Origin: Nitrospirota bacterium
Lineage (GTDB): Bacteria > Nitrospirota > UBA9217
Assembly (NCBI GenBank): GCA_963796285.1
Contig: CAWCKW010000012.1
Coordinates: 1,280,001 to 1,344,000 of the forward strand
Direction: 5' to 3'
DNA: 64,000 bases
A program made the translations under genes and the position numbers. Shown here piece after piece: positions 41,922 through 52,306 of this stretch; the first letter of the stretch is position 1; each line of letters begins with the position of its first letter. The notes under the pieces were generated by a model, which did not search any database, had not been told where the DNA came from, and was given only the letters and a program-made list of their open reading frames with translations.

Positions 41922-43634
41922 ATGAGAACAATACGCATTTCCATGGCCCAGATCAACCCTATTGTCGGCGACCTCGCGGGCAACCGCGATAAGATCATCG
42001 ACGCTATCAAGAGCGCGAAAAAGCTCGGTGCCGACATTGTCGCGCTGCCTGAGCTTGCCGTGACCGGCTATCCGCCCGAGGACCTGATCCTGAAGCCCCG
42101 GTTCGTGAAGGACAATATCAAGACGCTCACAGATATTCAGCAGGCGACGAGGGGGATCGTCGCGATCGTCGGATTCGTTGACAGCAACCACGATTGCCTC
42201 TTCAATGCCGCCGCAGTGCTGGCCAACGGAGAGCATATCTACACCTATCGCAAGATATTCCTGCCGAACTATGGGGTGTTCGATGAACACCGGTACTTCA
42301 GCCCGGGAGGACGCTATCCCGTCTTTACCGTCAAAGGCGTCGGCGTGGGCGTGAACATCTGCGAGGATATCTGGTATGAAGAAGGGCCTGCGCGCGTCCA
42401 GGCATTGGCAGGCGCCGAAGTGATCGTCAATATCAACGCGTCTCCCTACCATAAAGGCAAGGGGAAAGAGCGCCTGAAAATGCTTTCCCAACGCGCGAAA
42501 GAGAATGACATCGTCATCTCCTACACCAATACCGTAGGCGGTCAGGACGAGCTCGTATTTGACGGCCAGAGCATGGTACTGGACCGGAAAGGAAACGTGG
42601 TCGCCCTGGGGAAACAGTTCGAGGAAGACATGCTGACCGAGGACATTGCTGTCCCCGGGGACAGGATCCCGTTTCCCGAGGACCGGGAGCAGTTCAGCGA
42701 CTTCATGGACTACGTCTCCCTCTCCGGACGACCGAAAGGGAAAAAGAAGCCGCTTCCCGCCGTACGCTCGGCCAAACCACTCGCGGTGTGCGAGGAGGTG
42801 TACCGCGCCCTTGTGCTCGGGACCGGGGATTATATGCGCAAGAACGGCTTCAAGTCCGCGGTCATCGGTCTGTCGGGCGGCATCGATTCATCCCTCGTTG
42901 CAGCTGTTGCGGTGGCAGCCATGGGGAAAGAGAACGTGACCGGCGTGTTCATGCCGTCGCAGTACAGCTCGAACGAGAGCTGCGAAGACGCGTATGATCT
43001 TGCCCATAACCTCGGCATCAGGATCCTGGAGATCCCCGTCAACCAGACCTTTGAATCGTATCTGACAACGCTCCGCGGCGTCTTCGCGAGGACAAAGATA
43101 GACGTGACCGAAGAGAACCTCCAGGCCAGGATACGGGGAAACATCCTCATGGCCCTCTCGAACAAGTTCGGCTGGCTCGTGCTCACGACGGGCAACAAGA
43201 GCGAGATGTCCGTGGGTTATGCAACGCTATACGGCGACATGGCCGGCGGTTTTGCCGTGATCAAGGACGTGCCCAAGACCCTGGTCTACGAAGTGTCACG
43301 ATGCGTGAACAAGCTTGCGGGGAAGACCGTGATCCCGAAGCGGGTCATGACCAAAGCCCCGACCGCGGAACTTCGGCCGAACCAGAAGGACAGCGATTCC
43401 CTGCCTCTTTATTCCGTTCTTGACCCGATCCTGAAGGCCTATGTGGAGGATGACAAGGATCGGAACGAGATCATCAAGATGGGGTTTGACCCCAGGACCG
43501 TGGAGCGCGTGGTCCGGCTCGTGGACTCCAGTGAGTACAAGCGCCGCCAGGCGCCGCCAGGCGTCAAGATAACTCAACGGGGATTGGGAAAAGACCGAAG
43601 GTTCCCGATAACGAATAGATATAAAAGTTCTTAA
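41922..43634 (+). CDS. nadE: Glutamine-dependent NAD+ synthetase
   Basis: Nitrilase domain (PEL, K, ICED) plus GLSGGIDS, ENLQARIRG, TGNKSE, EYKRRQ. Confidence 0.96.
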   Translation: MRTIRISMAQINPIVGDLAGNRDKIIDAIKSAKKLGADIVALPELAVTGYPPEDLILKPRFVKDNIKTLTDIQQATRGIVAIVGFVDSNHDCLFNAAAVLANGEHIYTYRKIFLPNYGVFDEHRYFSPGGRYPVFTVKGVGVGVNICEDIWYEEGPARVQALAGAEVIVNINASPYHKGKGKERLKMLSQRAKENDIVISYTNTVGGQDELVFDGQSMVLDRKGNVVALGKQFEEDMLTEDIAVPGDRIPFPEDREQFSDFMDYVSLSGRPKGKKKPLPAVRSAKPLAVCEEVYRALVLGTGDYMRKNGFKSAVIGLSGGIDSSLVAAVAVAAMGKENVTGVFMPSQYSSNESCEDAYDLAHNLGIRILEIPVNQTFESYLTTLRGVFARTKIDVTEENLQARIRGNILMALSNKFGWLVLTTGNKSEMSVGYATLYGDMAGGFAVIKDVPKTLVYEVSRCVNKLAGKTVIPKRVMTKAPTAELRPNQKDSDSLPLYSVLDPILKAYVEDDKDRNEIIKMGFDPRTVERVVRLVDSSEYKRRQAPPGVKITQRGLGKDRRFPITNRYKSS

Positions 43635-43699
43635 ATCCGGTTTCGAGAGGCGCAGAAGTCAGAGAAAAGCATAAAGCTGACTTTTCGATTAGAAGCATT

Positions 43700-44225
43700 C
43701 TGCATAGGCGTAATGGGGAGATATCTCACGAAATAGGCTGGCAGATGTAAACGAGAAAAGCACTGGTGAATCTATGCCGACTTCGCACAAGTGCTGATCA
43801 AAATCGCCAGGGAGTTGTAAGCAAAAGAAATTTTTAGCCTGGAGTTGAAGAATACCGTCTACGCTTTCGATTAAACAACCATCGATCTCTGTCTTTCGGT
43901 TTTTCCCTGAGCAAAGGTACGCAAAGCGAAAGCTGCGGTGAAGCTTCATACGCTATTGGATCTCCAGGGTAAGAGCCCTGTTATGATCAGCATTACCAGT
44001 GGAAAAATAGGCGATGTCAGCGCGCTCGACGATCTCATCTTCGAAGCCGGGGCGATCTATATTTTCGACCGGGGTTACATCGATTTCTCCCGGCTCTATC
44101 GGATTCATCAATCTCTTGCGTTCTTCGTAACTCGCGCGAAGAGCGATTTTGTTTTCAAACGTCTCTACTCTCAACCGGTGGACAAATCGACCGGTGTACG
44201 GTCAGACCAGATCATTAACAACTAA
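43700..44225 (+). pseudogene. IS4-family transposase remnant
   Basis: VKLHTLLDL, YIFDRGYIDF, FFVTRAK, VDKSTGVRSDQ; stops and frameshifts upstream. Confidence 0.85.
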
Positions 44226-44247
44226 GGCTTTTCTTAAAAATTCTTTT

Positions 44248-44274
44248 CTTAGCGTACTTTGCGTCTTTGCGAGA
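44248..44274. repeat. Orphan right arm of the CGCAAAG element
   Basis: CTTAGCGTACTTTGCGTCTTTGCGAGA. Confidence 0.75.
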
Positions 44275-44331
44275 GACGGATTTTGATTTTTAATTTTTAC
44301 GACCTTTCAGCCTCTGCGAGAGATAGGTCTC

Positions 44332-45215
44332 ATGACATCTGGTGTTCTCTACATAGTCGCCACCCCCATCGGGAACCTCGAGGACATCACCCTCAGGGCG
44401 ATCCGCGTACTGAAGGAAGCCGACCTCGTCGCCGCCGAGGACACCGTCATACCAGGCACCTGCTCGACCGGTATCAGATAGAGACACAGCTCACCAGCTA
44501 CCACGACCACAACAAGGAAGAAAAGGCCCCGGTCCTCGTTGCGAGAATGCTCGAAGGAAAGAACGTGGCCCTCGTGTCCGACGCGGGGACTCCCGGCATC
44601 TCGGACCCCGGTTATTTCCTGATCAACCTCGCCATAGACCAAAAAATTGCCGTTGTCCCCATCCCCGGGGCAACCGCTGCGATTGCCGCGCTTTCGGTCT
44701 CGGGAATACCGACCGACCGATTTGTCTTTGAAGGTTTTCTACCGGCAAAACATCTGGCCCGTCTCAAGCGTTTGCAGGAACTTGCCAAGGAAGAACGCAC
44801 CATTGTCTTTTATGAAGCGCCACACAAGATAATCAGGGCAGTCGAAGACATGGTCGAGGTCTTCGGCGATCGCCGCATCGTGATAACCCGCGAGCTGACC
44901 AAGATCCATGAAGAGACAATACGGGGAACATTTTCGGAATGCCTCAAACGCCTTCACGAGGGGACCATCAAAGGCGAGTTCACCGTCATTGTCCACGGCG
45001 CAACGACTGGGATCCTGGCACAGGATATCGACACTGCCGAGTATCTTAAAAATCTCATCCTCCACCGCGGCCTGAGCAGAAAAGAAGCTGTTTCAGTTGC
45101 GGCGGAGGAACTCGGGTTACCAAAGAAGGAAGTATATAAGGAAAGTCTGAAGCTGGAGAACACGCCCGGTGCGAATGCAAAAGGCAATGAAGAGAGAGAA
45201 GGGAAGATATCGTGA
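44332..45215 (+). CDS. rsmI: 16S rRNA (cytidine1402-2'-O)-methyltransferase; frameshift near 44445
   Basis: [52 protein letters not shown]. Confidence 0.95.
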
Positions 45216-45228
45216 GAGATCGACCGTC

Positions 45229-45682
45229 TCAGAGCATACACCCCGATCCCGATTACGACATTTACGAGATAAAGGCAGAGAATGGCAATGCCGAGAACGA
45301 AATGGGGAGTACGATAGGGAGAGTCAGGGCCTTTGATGTCCGTGATATTCTAAGTCGCTATCAGCAGACAACGATGGTGACCCGGTGAAGAGGATGGTTA
45401 GCCAAACCCTTCCCGTATCAAGAAGGACAAGGGTGAGCCCTCCAGAATCCGAGCCCACCCAGGATCACAAGACAGGCCCCATCCTCCGGTGACGCTTGAT
45501 AGCCGGAACGGCAGCGGAGCATGTGCCCTTCTATCACGCCGAATCCTGAAGCCCGAGCCATCCCTGATACAGGAAGAGCAGCATCACGATCGAATTATCA
45601 AACACCGTGCGCCGACCGGAGATCCGCAAGCAACTGCCTGTCGATCAAAGGATATTGCATTGTTGAACCAGTAGAGCGATGT
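45229..45682 (-). pseudogene. DUF4079-like membrane protein with multiple frameshifts (possibly read errors)
   Basis: Fragments VMLLFLYQGWLG, IKRHRRMGP, HPLH and PHFVLGIAILCLYLVNVVIG in shifting frames. Confidence 0.45.
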
Positions 45683-45711
45683 CCATCCGCTTTCGGCTGC
45701 CTTTATCCTCC

Positions 45712-46212
45712 CTATTCCACCACCTCTATCATACCCTCCATGCCCCGGTCCCTATGGCTCTTGAAGAACAAGAGTTTCTTGTCGCAATACATAGGATACT
45801 TTCCGACCTTCGTTGGAGTAAATTTGACTATTTCCGGTTTTTTAGAGTCCAGATCTACTTTAAAGTCGATACCGGCTTCCGGCGATTTCACTAACATATT
45901 GTGGGGGATGTATCCTGATTCTTTCTTGACCGTCAGTTCGACCGGTTTATTCACCTTCACCACAATGTAGTTTGGATCGAAATAGTACTCACCACCGATA
46001 ACCTCTACGCGCTGCACGCCATCGGCGTCTACGGTAGCGACCACGCGATTTACCTTCCCCTTCGCATGATCATGCTGCACTGCCTCTGCTGTCGGCGTCA
46101 TTGCCGATTTTACATCTTCTTTCATCCGTGGCGTTGCTTCATCACCAAATGCAGTGAAACCGATCGGCAACAAAAGTACCAGCGCAATTACCAAATACTT
46201 GACGACCTTCAT
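45712..46212 (-). CDS. Exported cupredoxin-like domain protein
   Basis: Signal peptide, YYFDP..IVV, PHN, FTPTKVGKYPMYC......H...GMEG; GGGAGG RBS. Confidence 0.85.
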   Translation of the reverse strand: MKVVKYLVIALVLLLPIGFTAFGDEATPRMKEDVKSAMTPTAEAVQHDHAKGKVNRVVATVDADGVQRVEVIGGEYYFDPNYIVVKVNKPVELTVKKESGYIPHNMLVKSPEAGIDFKVDLDSKKPEIVKFTPTKVGKYPMYCDKKLLFFKSHRDRGMEGMIEVVE

Positions 46213-46294
46213 ATTGTTCCTCCCTAGCAAATAAAATTAAGTGCTTGTTGACTCATAGTATAGCAGCAAGTTCATCCATTTGCATTTTTCCCCA

Positions 46295-47497
46295 TCAGCA
46301 TATGGGATATTTACCTTTGCTCAGCGCCGTACAGAACCGGGAGATCGCGGCAAACTCCCGCTCAAAGACCTCCTCGGCCGGCGCGACGATCTCGCTCACC
46401 TTTCTCCCCCGCTCGAGCAGGACCTGCGCCGTGGCCACCTGCGGCCTGTTGATCGGCGTACCGATGCGGCTCAGAAGCAGGACATACACCTCTCGGATCC
46501 CCTGGATATGTTCATACAGGTTTTTTGCGATCTTGTGCGCAAGCACATTGTAGATCTTGCCGACGTGGCTCACGGGATTTTTGCCTGCCGCGGCCTCGGT
46601 GCCCATGGGCCGGTTCAGGGAAATAAGCCCGTTCACCCGGTTCCCGCGCCCCACCTGGCCGGAGTCCGCGTCTTCCGCGGATGTCCCGAGGAGGCTCAGG
46701 TACACGCCTCCGAGTCCCCGACCCTTCTCGTCAAGTGTATTATAGTTTATTCGAATGTCCTTGAACCCTCCGGACCGCATAACATAGCTATGCATCTCCT
46801 GCATGAGCATTGCTTTGGTCTCAAAATAAGCGCCTTCGGAGCGGATCGATCTGCAGATCAGCGGCATGGCAACCGTGAGGTCCAGCACCTTTCCCGTCCT
46901 CAGGCCCATCACCTTGATGTCCTCGCCGGTCTCTGGATGCCTCTGTTTGAAGCGCGGTGAATTGAGATGCCGCTCCAGCCCGAGCACGACCTGTTCACAG
47001 GGGCTGAGCGGATAATAGCCCACGGCCGCGGATGTATCATTTGCGCCTCGCACCCGGCCCGAGCGGGCAAAAATGTCCGTCAGTTCTTCCGATCCCGGAG
47101 AGAGCACAACCCGGTACTTTACATGCTTCTTCGGATCAACAAAACGCATGTTCCGCTTCAACCATGCCTGTGCCGCGTCCACGGCAATGTCAGCGACAGG
47201 GACCTTTTTCCTGCCGACGGAGAAGGTGGCCCGGTCGCCGATGGTCAGTTCCATGGGTGCCACCACCCTGCCCCCTCCGAATCTTTTCTCGACCCGGCCC
47301 GCTGCAAGCAGCCCTTTGTCGATATTGTGATGCAGGATGGTCCCGAACTCCCGCATATACTCCTTCGAGAGCTCGATGGAAATCGCCTCCATGATGGAGT
47401 CACACAGATAATCGGGATGGCCCAGGCCCTTCCGCTCCACGATCTCCACCTGGTGCTCTGCAACCGGCGTCCCCCGGTATGGCTCGATGACGATCAT
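46295..47497 (-). CDS. Archaeal-type methionine adenosyltransferase (SAM synthetase)
   Basis: EIVERKGLGHPD, HHNIDK, ANDTS, GEDIKVMG, GTSAE..DSGQVGRGNR, AGKNPVSHVGKIYN. Confidence 0.93.
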   Translation of the reverse strand: MIVIEPYRGTPVAEHQVEIVERKGLGHPDYLCDSIMEAISIELSKEYMREFGTILHHNIDKGLLAAGRVEKRFGGGRVVAPMELTIGDRATFSVGRKKVPVADIAVDAAQAWLKRNMRFVDPKKHVKYRVVLSPGSEELTDIFARSGRVRGANDTSAAVGYYPLSPCEQVVLGLERHLNSPRFKQRHPETGEDIKVMGLRTGKVLDLTVAMPLICRSIRSEGAYFETKAMLMQEMHSYVMRSGGFKDIRINYNTLDEKGRGLGGVYLSLLGTSAEDADSGQVGRGNRVNGLISLNRPMGTEAAAGKNPVSHVGKIYNVLAHKIAKNLYEHIQGIREVYVLLLSRIGTPINRPQVATAQVLLERGRKVSEIVAPAEEVFEREFAAISRFCTALSKGKYPIC

Positions 47498-47669
47498 GAT
47501 ATTAGTGTAGCATACTGTCGGTACCTTTAAGATTATTAACCATGAATTCTGTATGACAATTTGCAGCTTGACTTTAAAAGGGTAATTCTTTACCTTAACC
47601 ACCAGGAGTCCAAATTGATTGTCGATGACGAACCCGATATCGTAACTCGTCCGGCGTACACATGATAAA

Positions 47670-49409
47670 ATGAAACAAGGCATCTTCAAACGCATATTCA
47701 TCCTCTACGGCGCCATCCTCTTCCTTTCAGTGCTCATCACGGAAGTATTCGTCACCGGAGCCGTCAGAACAAGCTACATCAACACGCTGCATGACAATCT
47801 ATCGACCCAGGCGGTGCTCATCTCGCATGACGTCGCGTTTCAGTCTACCGCTCCAATGGACAGCCTCTGCCGGCAGTTGAAAGAAATAACCCGCGCTCGC
47901 GTAACGATCCTCGCCATGAACGGCAGTGTCATCGGTGATTCAGACCACGATGCAGCCACGATGGCCAATCACCGCGACCGGGTCGAGCTCCAGCAGGCGA
48001 TGCTCACGGGTTCAGGCATGGCAATCCGTAAAAGCGATACGCTGAAGTACGATCTCCTCTACGTTGCCAGCAAGATCATGCAGGGCGACAAGGCGCAGGG
48101 GTTCATCAGGCTCAGTGTGCCCCTCAAAGACGTCGATGCCGCGGTCAATCTGCTCAGGATGCAGATCGTTCTCGTGGTGAGCCTCGTTCTGCTGGCAACG
48201 GGCGTGCTTTCATTCTGGCAGGTAGACCGGCTCAGGCGGCTGACGAACCGGATAAGGGATTTTTCTTCTTCCCTCGCCCGGGGGGAACTCGGCAGACGGT
48301 TGTTCATAAGCCATGCCGGCGAATTCGACGAGATCGCCGACAGCCTCAACACCATGTCCGAGGAGTTGAAGCTCCGCATCGTGGCGAGTGAAGAGGAAAA
48401 ACACCGCTTCGATGTGGTCCTGCGAAGTATCCCGGATGCCCTGTTCATTATGGATGCACATGGCATAATTCTGCTCTCGAATCCCGCAGCCAGAAAATCG
48501 TTCGGAGAGAACGCCCTGCAGGGAAAGCCGTTTATCGAGGTCGTCCGGAACGCCGAGGTCCAGTCACTCGTAGAAAAAGTGCGGAAGGATCAGGCGGCCG
48601 GAAGCATCGAATTAAAGATCGATTCTCCGCTGGAACAATACTACGTGGTCCAGGTATCCCCCCTCTTCTATACAGAACGCGAACTGTCGGGATTTGTCGC
48701 CGTGTTCCACGACATCACCCGGCTCCAGAGGCTTGAACAGACGAGAAAGGATTTCGTTGCCAATATCTCCCATGAGATCAAGACGCCGATCACCGCGATC
48801 AGCGGATTCGCCGAGATCCTGATGGACGGGACGCTCCATGATAAAACCAACGCCGTGAAATTCATTGAGACCATCAGATCGAACAGTGAACGGATCAACA
48901 GGCTTGTGGATGACCTCATGATGATCTCGAAGATAGAACTGGGGGCCGTCACGGTGAAGAAGGGTCCCGTTCATATCGAAGAGATCATGGAGCAGGTCAT
49001 TGACACGTTGGGCGATAAGGCATCGGAAAAGGGGCTCGCCCTTACCTGGTCGATCGTTCCACCCGTGAAAGAAATCAATGCGGACAAGGACAGACTGATC
49101 CAGATACTGACCAATCTGACGGACAATGCGATAAAGTTCACGGAGAAAGGCAAGGTTGTGATTGGTGTGGCTGACGAGGATGGGAAGACCGTTCTGTTCG
49201 TGGAAGACACCGGTATCGGCATCCCGCAGAAACACCTGACAAGGCTCGGTGAACGATTCTACCGGGTGGATCCCAGTCGTTCACGGCAGATGGGCGGCAC
49301 CGGTCTCGGCCTAGCCATCGTGAAGCATCTGGTCAAAGCGCACGAATGGGATATACGGATAGTGAGTACGCCGGGAAAAGGGACGACAATCAAGATTTAT
49401 GTTCAGTAG
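47670..49409 (+). CDS. phoR: PhoR-like HAMP/PAS sensor histidine kinase
   Basis: RKDFVANISHEIKTP, ERFYRVDPSRSR..GGTGLGL; periplasmic NH.DR.E motif. Confidence 0.8.
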   Translation: MKQGIFKRIFILYGAILFLSVLITEVFVTGAVRTSYINTLHDNLSTQAVLISHDVAFQSTAPMDSLCRQLKEITRARVTILAMNGSVIGDSDHDAATMANHRDRVELQQAMLTGSGMAIRKSDTLKYDLLYVASKIMQGDKAQGFIRLSVPLKDVDAAVNLLRMQIVLVVSLVLLATGVLSFWQVDRLRRLTNRIRDFSSSLARGELGRRLFISHAGEFDEIADSLNTMSEELKLRIVASEEEKHRFDVVLRSIPDALFIMDAHGIILLSNPAARKSFGENALQGKPFIEVVRNAEVQSLVEKVRKDQAAGSIELKIDSPLEQYYVVQVSPLFYTERELSGFVAVFHDITRLQRLEQTRKDFVANISHEIKTPITAISGFAEILMDGTLHDKTNAVKFIETIRSNSERINRLVDDLMMISKIELGAVTVKKGPVHIEEIMEQVIDTLGDKASEKGLALTWSIVPPVKEINADKDRLIQILTNLTDNAIKFTEKGKVVIGVADEDGKTVLFVEDTGIGIPQKHLTRLGERFYRVDPSRSRQMGGTGLGLAIVKHLVKAHEWDIRIVSTPGKGTTIKIYVQ

Positions 49410-49517
49410 TGCCCTCTGCGATCGAGACAGGCTTTTGGAAAAATAATGGCGACGGCAAACGCAACATGCAGACACGTAGGATGATCTTCAATTCGTGGAA
49501 TGCTCCGGTAATCCTTG

Positions 49518-51446
49518 TTAAACTGTTGCCCGAACGACCGGCAAATAGACCGTGAAGGTCGTTCCCCGTCCTGGACGACTATCAACAAGCAGGTAGCCGT
49601 CGTGCTGCTCCACGATCCCGAACACGATCGCCAGACCGAGCCCGGTGCCTTTCCCGACCGCCTTTGTCGTAAAGAACGGCTCGAACATTTTTTCCTGGAT
49701 GTCCCCATCAATACCTGTGCCCGTGTCAATCACGGACAGGGCGGCATACCGGCCGGATTTCCCAATGGGCCGTAATTTGAAAAATTCCGCGGTAAGTTCT
49801 ACCACCGATGTCTTGATCGTCAATACGCCTCCGTCAGGCATGGCGTCCCTGGCGTTTGTCGCCAGGTTCATAAGCACCTGCCCGATCTGACCGCTGTCAG
49901 CCATCACGATCACCTCAACATCGGTCAGGACCGTCTTGAATTCTATCTTTTCGCCGATAAGCGGGAGCAGCAGGCTCTCCGCGCTTTTAACGATCGCATT
50001 CAGACGGGTGGGCTTCGGATCGATCAACTGTTTTCTGCTGAAGGATAGCAGGCCCCGGGTCAGATCCACCGCTCGCGATGAGGAGGTAAGAATATTTTCA
50101 AGGAACTTCCTTGACTGCGGGTCATCCTTCAATCGTTTCAATGCCAGGTTCCCATATCCAATTATGGCAGTGAGAATATTATTGAAATCGTGAGCAATGC
50201 CGCCTGCGAGGACGCCGATGGCCTCCATTTTCTGGACATGGAAAAGCTGTTTCTGAAGTTTGCCTTTTTCCACTTCGGTACGCGTCCGATCGGCGATCTC
50301 CTGTTCGAGTTCTTCGTTCATTGCCCGGAGTTGTGCGGTCCTCTCCAGGACCGTCGCCTCCAGATCTCCCTGGGACGCCTGTAATTTCACCTGGGCCATA
50401 GAAAGCCTGCGGTTCAGCCTCATGACATGCCCTGCTGTCAGTGTGGCGAAGAGCAGCATCAGTGCGGAGAGAACGATCCAGGGCCAATACTCCCGCATCA
50501 CGCGATGCAACGTGATCTTTTCGTAATCCCGGTACGGTCCCACTCGCAGTTCCTTCATGAGATCATGGACAGGCTGATAGTCGAGCGGGATGGTCCAGCC
50601 GGCGCTCCTTGATGCCTCCGCAACAGGGCCATCGGATGGCATGCTCAACAATGCGATCACGACCTTCTGGGCAAGGTCATCGGGTGTCGTCTTGATCTTT
50701 GCGAATGGCCACTCCGGATACAGCCGAGTGCTTAACGCATACGGGAAGTCTTTTTCGAGCTTCTGATTCAGGATACGAAACACAGTAGGATCGATCAGGC
50801 CGGATTCTTTCATCCTCTCAAGCGTGTCGGTGCGGACCGTCCCGGCGTCCACTGTGCCGTCGCGGACAGCGTAGACCACGGCATCATGCGTGTTCGCGAA
50901 CTCAAGTTTGTCGAAATCCCGATAGGGATCGATCCCCGCTGCTTTGAATTCACGCCACGCCGCCTGCCACCCGCCCAAAGATGTCTCCTCGACAGCCATG
51001 AAGGTTTTGCCTTTGATGTCATGGAGGTCTCGTATATCCTGCCGGTCGTCCCGGCAGAAGATGACGCCGCCGAACACCGTTAACCTGTTCGAATCCCGTT
51101 TGTTCTTCAGCGTTGCGATCCTGCTTACGCCATACGTGGACTCAAGCTCAACATAGAAGGAGGTGTTCGTCACAACAAAGGCAATGTCGCCGTTGCCGAC
51201 AGCAGGTCCCATTTCATGGAAATCGAGGGGAACAATGGTGAAGGTATAGCCGGGGATGCGGCGGGTGAGGTATTGCGCGGTCGGAGACCACATTTTCATT
51301 GCCTGATCCTTGCCCCGGTAAGCAAGGACACCAATCCTGACCATGTCATTCTGCCCGTACACAACCGGCGACAGGAAGAGGCTCGCGATAAGGACCGCGG
51401 AGAATGCCAGAAGCGATATGCGGGATTTTTTTTTCTGAAGAATCAT
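49518..51446 (-). CDS. Histidine kinase with PhnD/SsuA-like periplasmic sensor domain
   Basis: [37 protein letters not shown]; IAHDFNN, GTGLGL. Confidence 0.9.
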   Translation of the reverse strand: MILQKKKSRISLLAFSAVLIASLFLSPVVYGQNDMVRIGVLAYRGKDQAMKMWSPTAQYLTRRIPGYTFTIVPLDFHEMGPAVGNGDIAFVVTNTSFYVELESTYGVSRIATLKNKRDSNRLTVFGGVIFCRDDRQDIRDLHDIKGKTFMAVEETSLGGWQAAWREFKAAGIDPYRDFDKLEFANTHDAVVYAVRDGTVDAGTVRTDTLERMKESGLIDPTVFRILNQKLEKDFPYALSTRLYPEWPFAKIKTTPDDLAQKVVIALLSMPSDGPVAEASRSAGWTIPLDYQPVHDLMKELRVGPYRDYEKITLHRVMREYWPWIVLSALMLLFATLTAGHVMRLNRRLSMAQVKLQASQGDLEATVLERTAQLRAMNEELEQEIADRTRTEVEKGKLQKQLFHVQKMEAIGVLAGGIAHDFNNILTAIIGYGNLALKRLKDDPQSRKFLENILTSSSRAVDLTRGLLSFSRKQLIDPKPTRLNAIVKSAESLLLPLIGEKIEFKTVLTDVEVIVMADSGQIGQVLMNLATNARDAMPDGGVLTIKTSVVELTAEFFKLRPIGKSGRYAALSVIDTGTGIDGDIQEKMFEPFFTTKAVGKGTGLGLAIVFGIVEQHDGYLLVDSRPGRGTTFTVYLPVVRATV

Positions 51447-51600
51447 ACGTTCAGGAATTACGGTCCAATCGGGGTAAAACAATGTTTTCGAGCCGGATGT
51501 TCGGTTAAATCTATACCATTCATCAGCACTTGTCAATCGCTGTTACAGTCACAGTCTATGAGCCATTGAATCGCGAAAGATCCAAAACCCGGCCAGATCC

Positions 51601-51993
51601 TTGTTGCCGCGTATCGTCGAGCGCGCCATGGAGCTGCTCGATGAACCGCCGCTCAAACCCTATATCGACATCCCGCGCATGGCTGAAGCAGCCCAGAAAA
51701 TGCTCAAGGAAAGCCTTGATGCCTTTGTGTCGCAGGACGCTGACCATGCCATGAACGTCTGCGAGGCGGATGATTTCGTGGACAACCTGAACGTGCAGAT
51801 ATTCAACGAACTGCTCGTATATATGCTCCAGGACCCGAAAAACATTTCCCGCGCCGTGCGCCTGACATACATTGCAAAGTACCTGGAGCGTATTGGGGAC
51901 CATGCCACCAACATTGCCGAGATGGTTGTGTATCTGGTCAAGGGAAAGGTCATCCGTCACATGGCTTGCGAGACCATACGCAAAATACGATGA
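51601..51993 (+). pseudogene. phoU: PhoU, C-terminal half only
   Basis: ERAMEL..EP.LKPYIDIPRM, DDFVD, KYLERIGDHATNIAEMVVY; first PhoU repeat absent. Confidence 0.85.
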
Positions 51994-52104
51994 AACACTT
52001 AGGTGCGCTTCTCCACACATCCGACGCCGCTGTCCAAACCGTCCCGATCAGCGTTGTTACGCAGCCCGAGCGCCTGTAACTCCTTGAGTGAAAAGATAAA
52101 ATGT

Positions 52105-52133
52105 TTGACAAACCCCGCCGCACGATGTAGAAT
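52105..52133 (+). promoter_or_regulatory. Sigma70-type promoter of the arn operon
   Basis: TTGACA-17 bp-TAGAAT. Confidence 0.7.
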
Positions 52134-52306
52134 CAATTTCCGTAATTTCCGCTTATTGGGCCGGAACGGGGGTAACCAGAATGCTTTCCCCCGGACACCT
52201 TCACGCCGTTAGACAAGACAATGATGAACACCATTTTTACAATCAATACAAAACCTTGTTCTTTGGCGGAGTACACGTCCATTTCTATGAGAAGTGAACT
52301 GCATAC

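Noticed and set aside
52140-52300. Riboswitch in the arn leader
   Set aside because: Only one GC hairpin (CGGGGG...CCCCCG); I cannot match it to a known motif.
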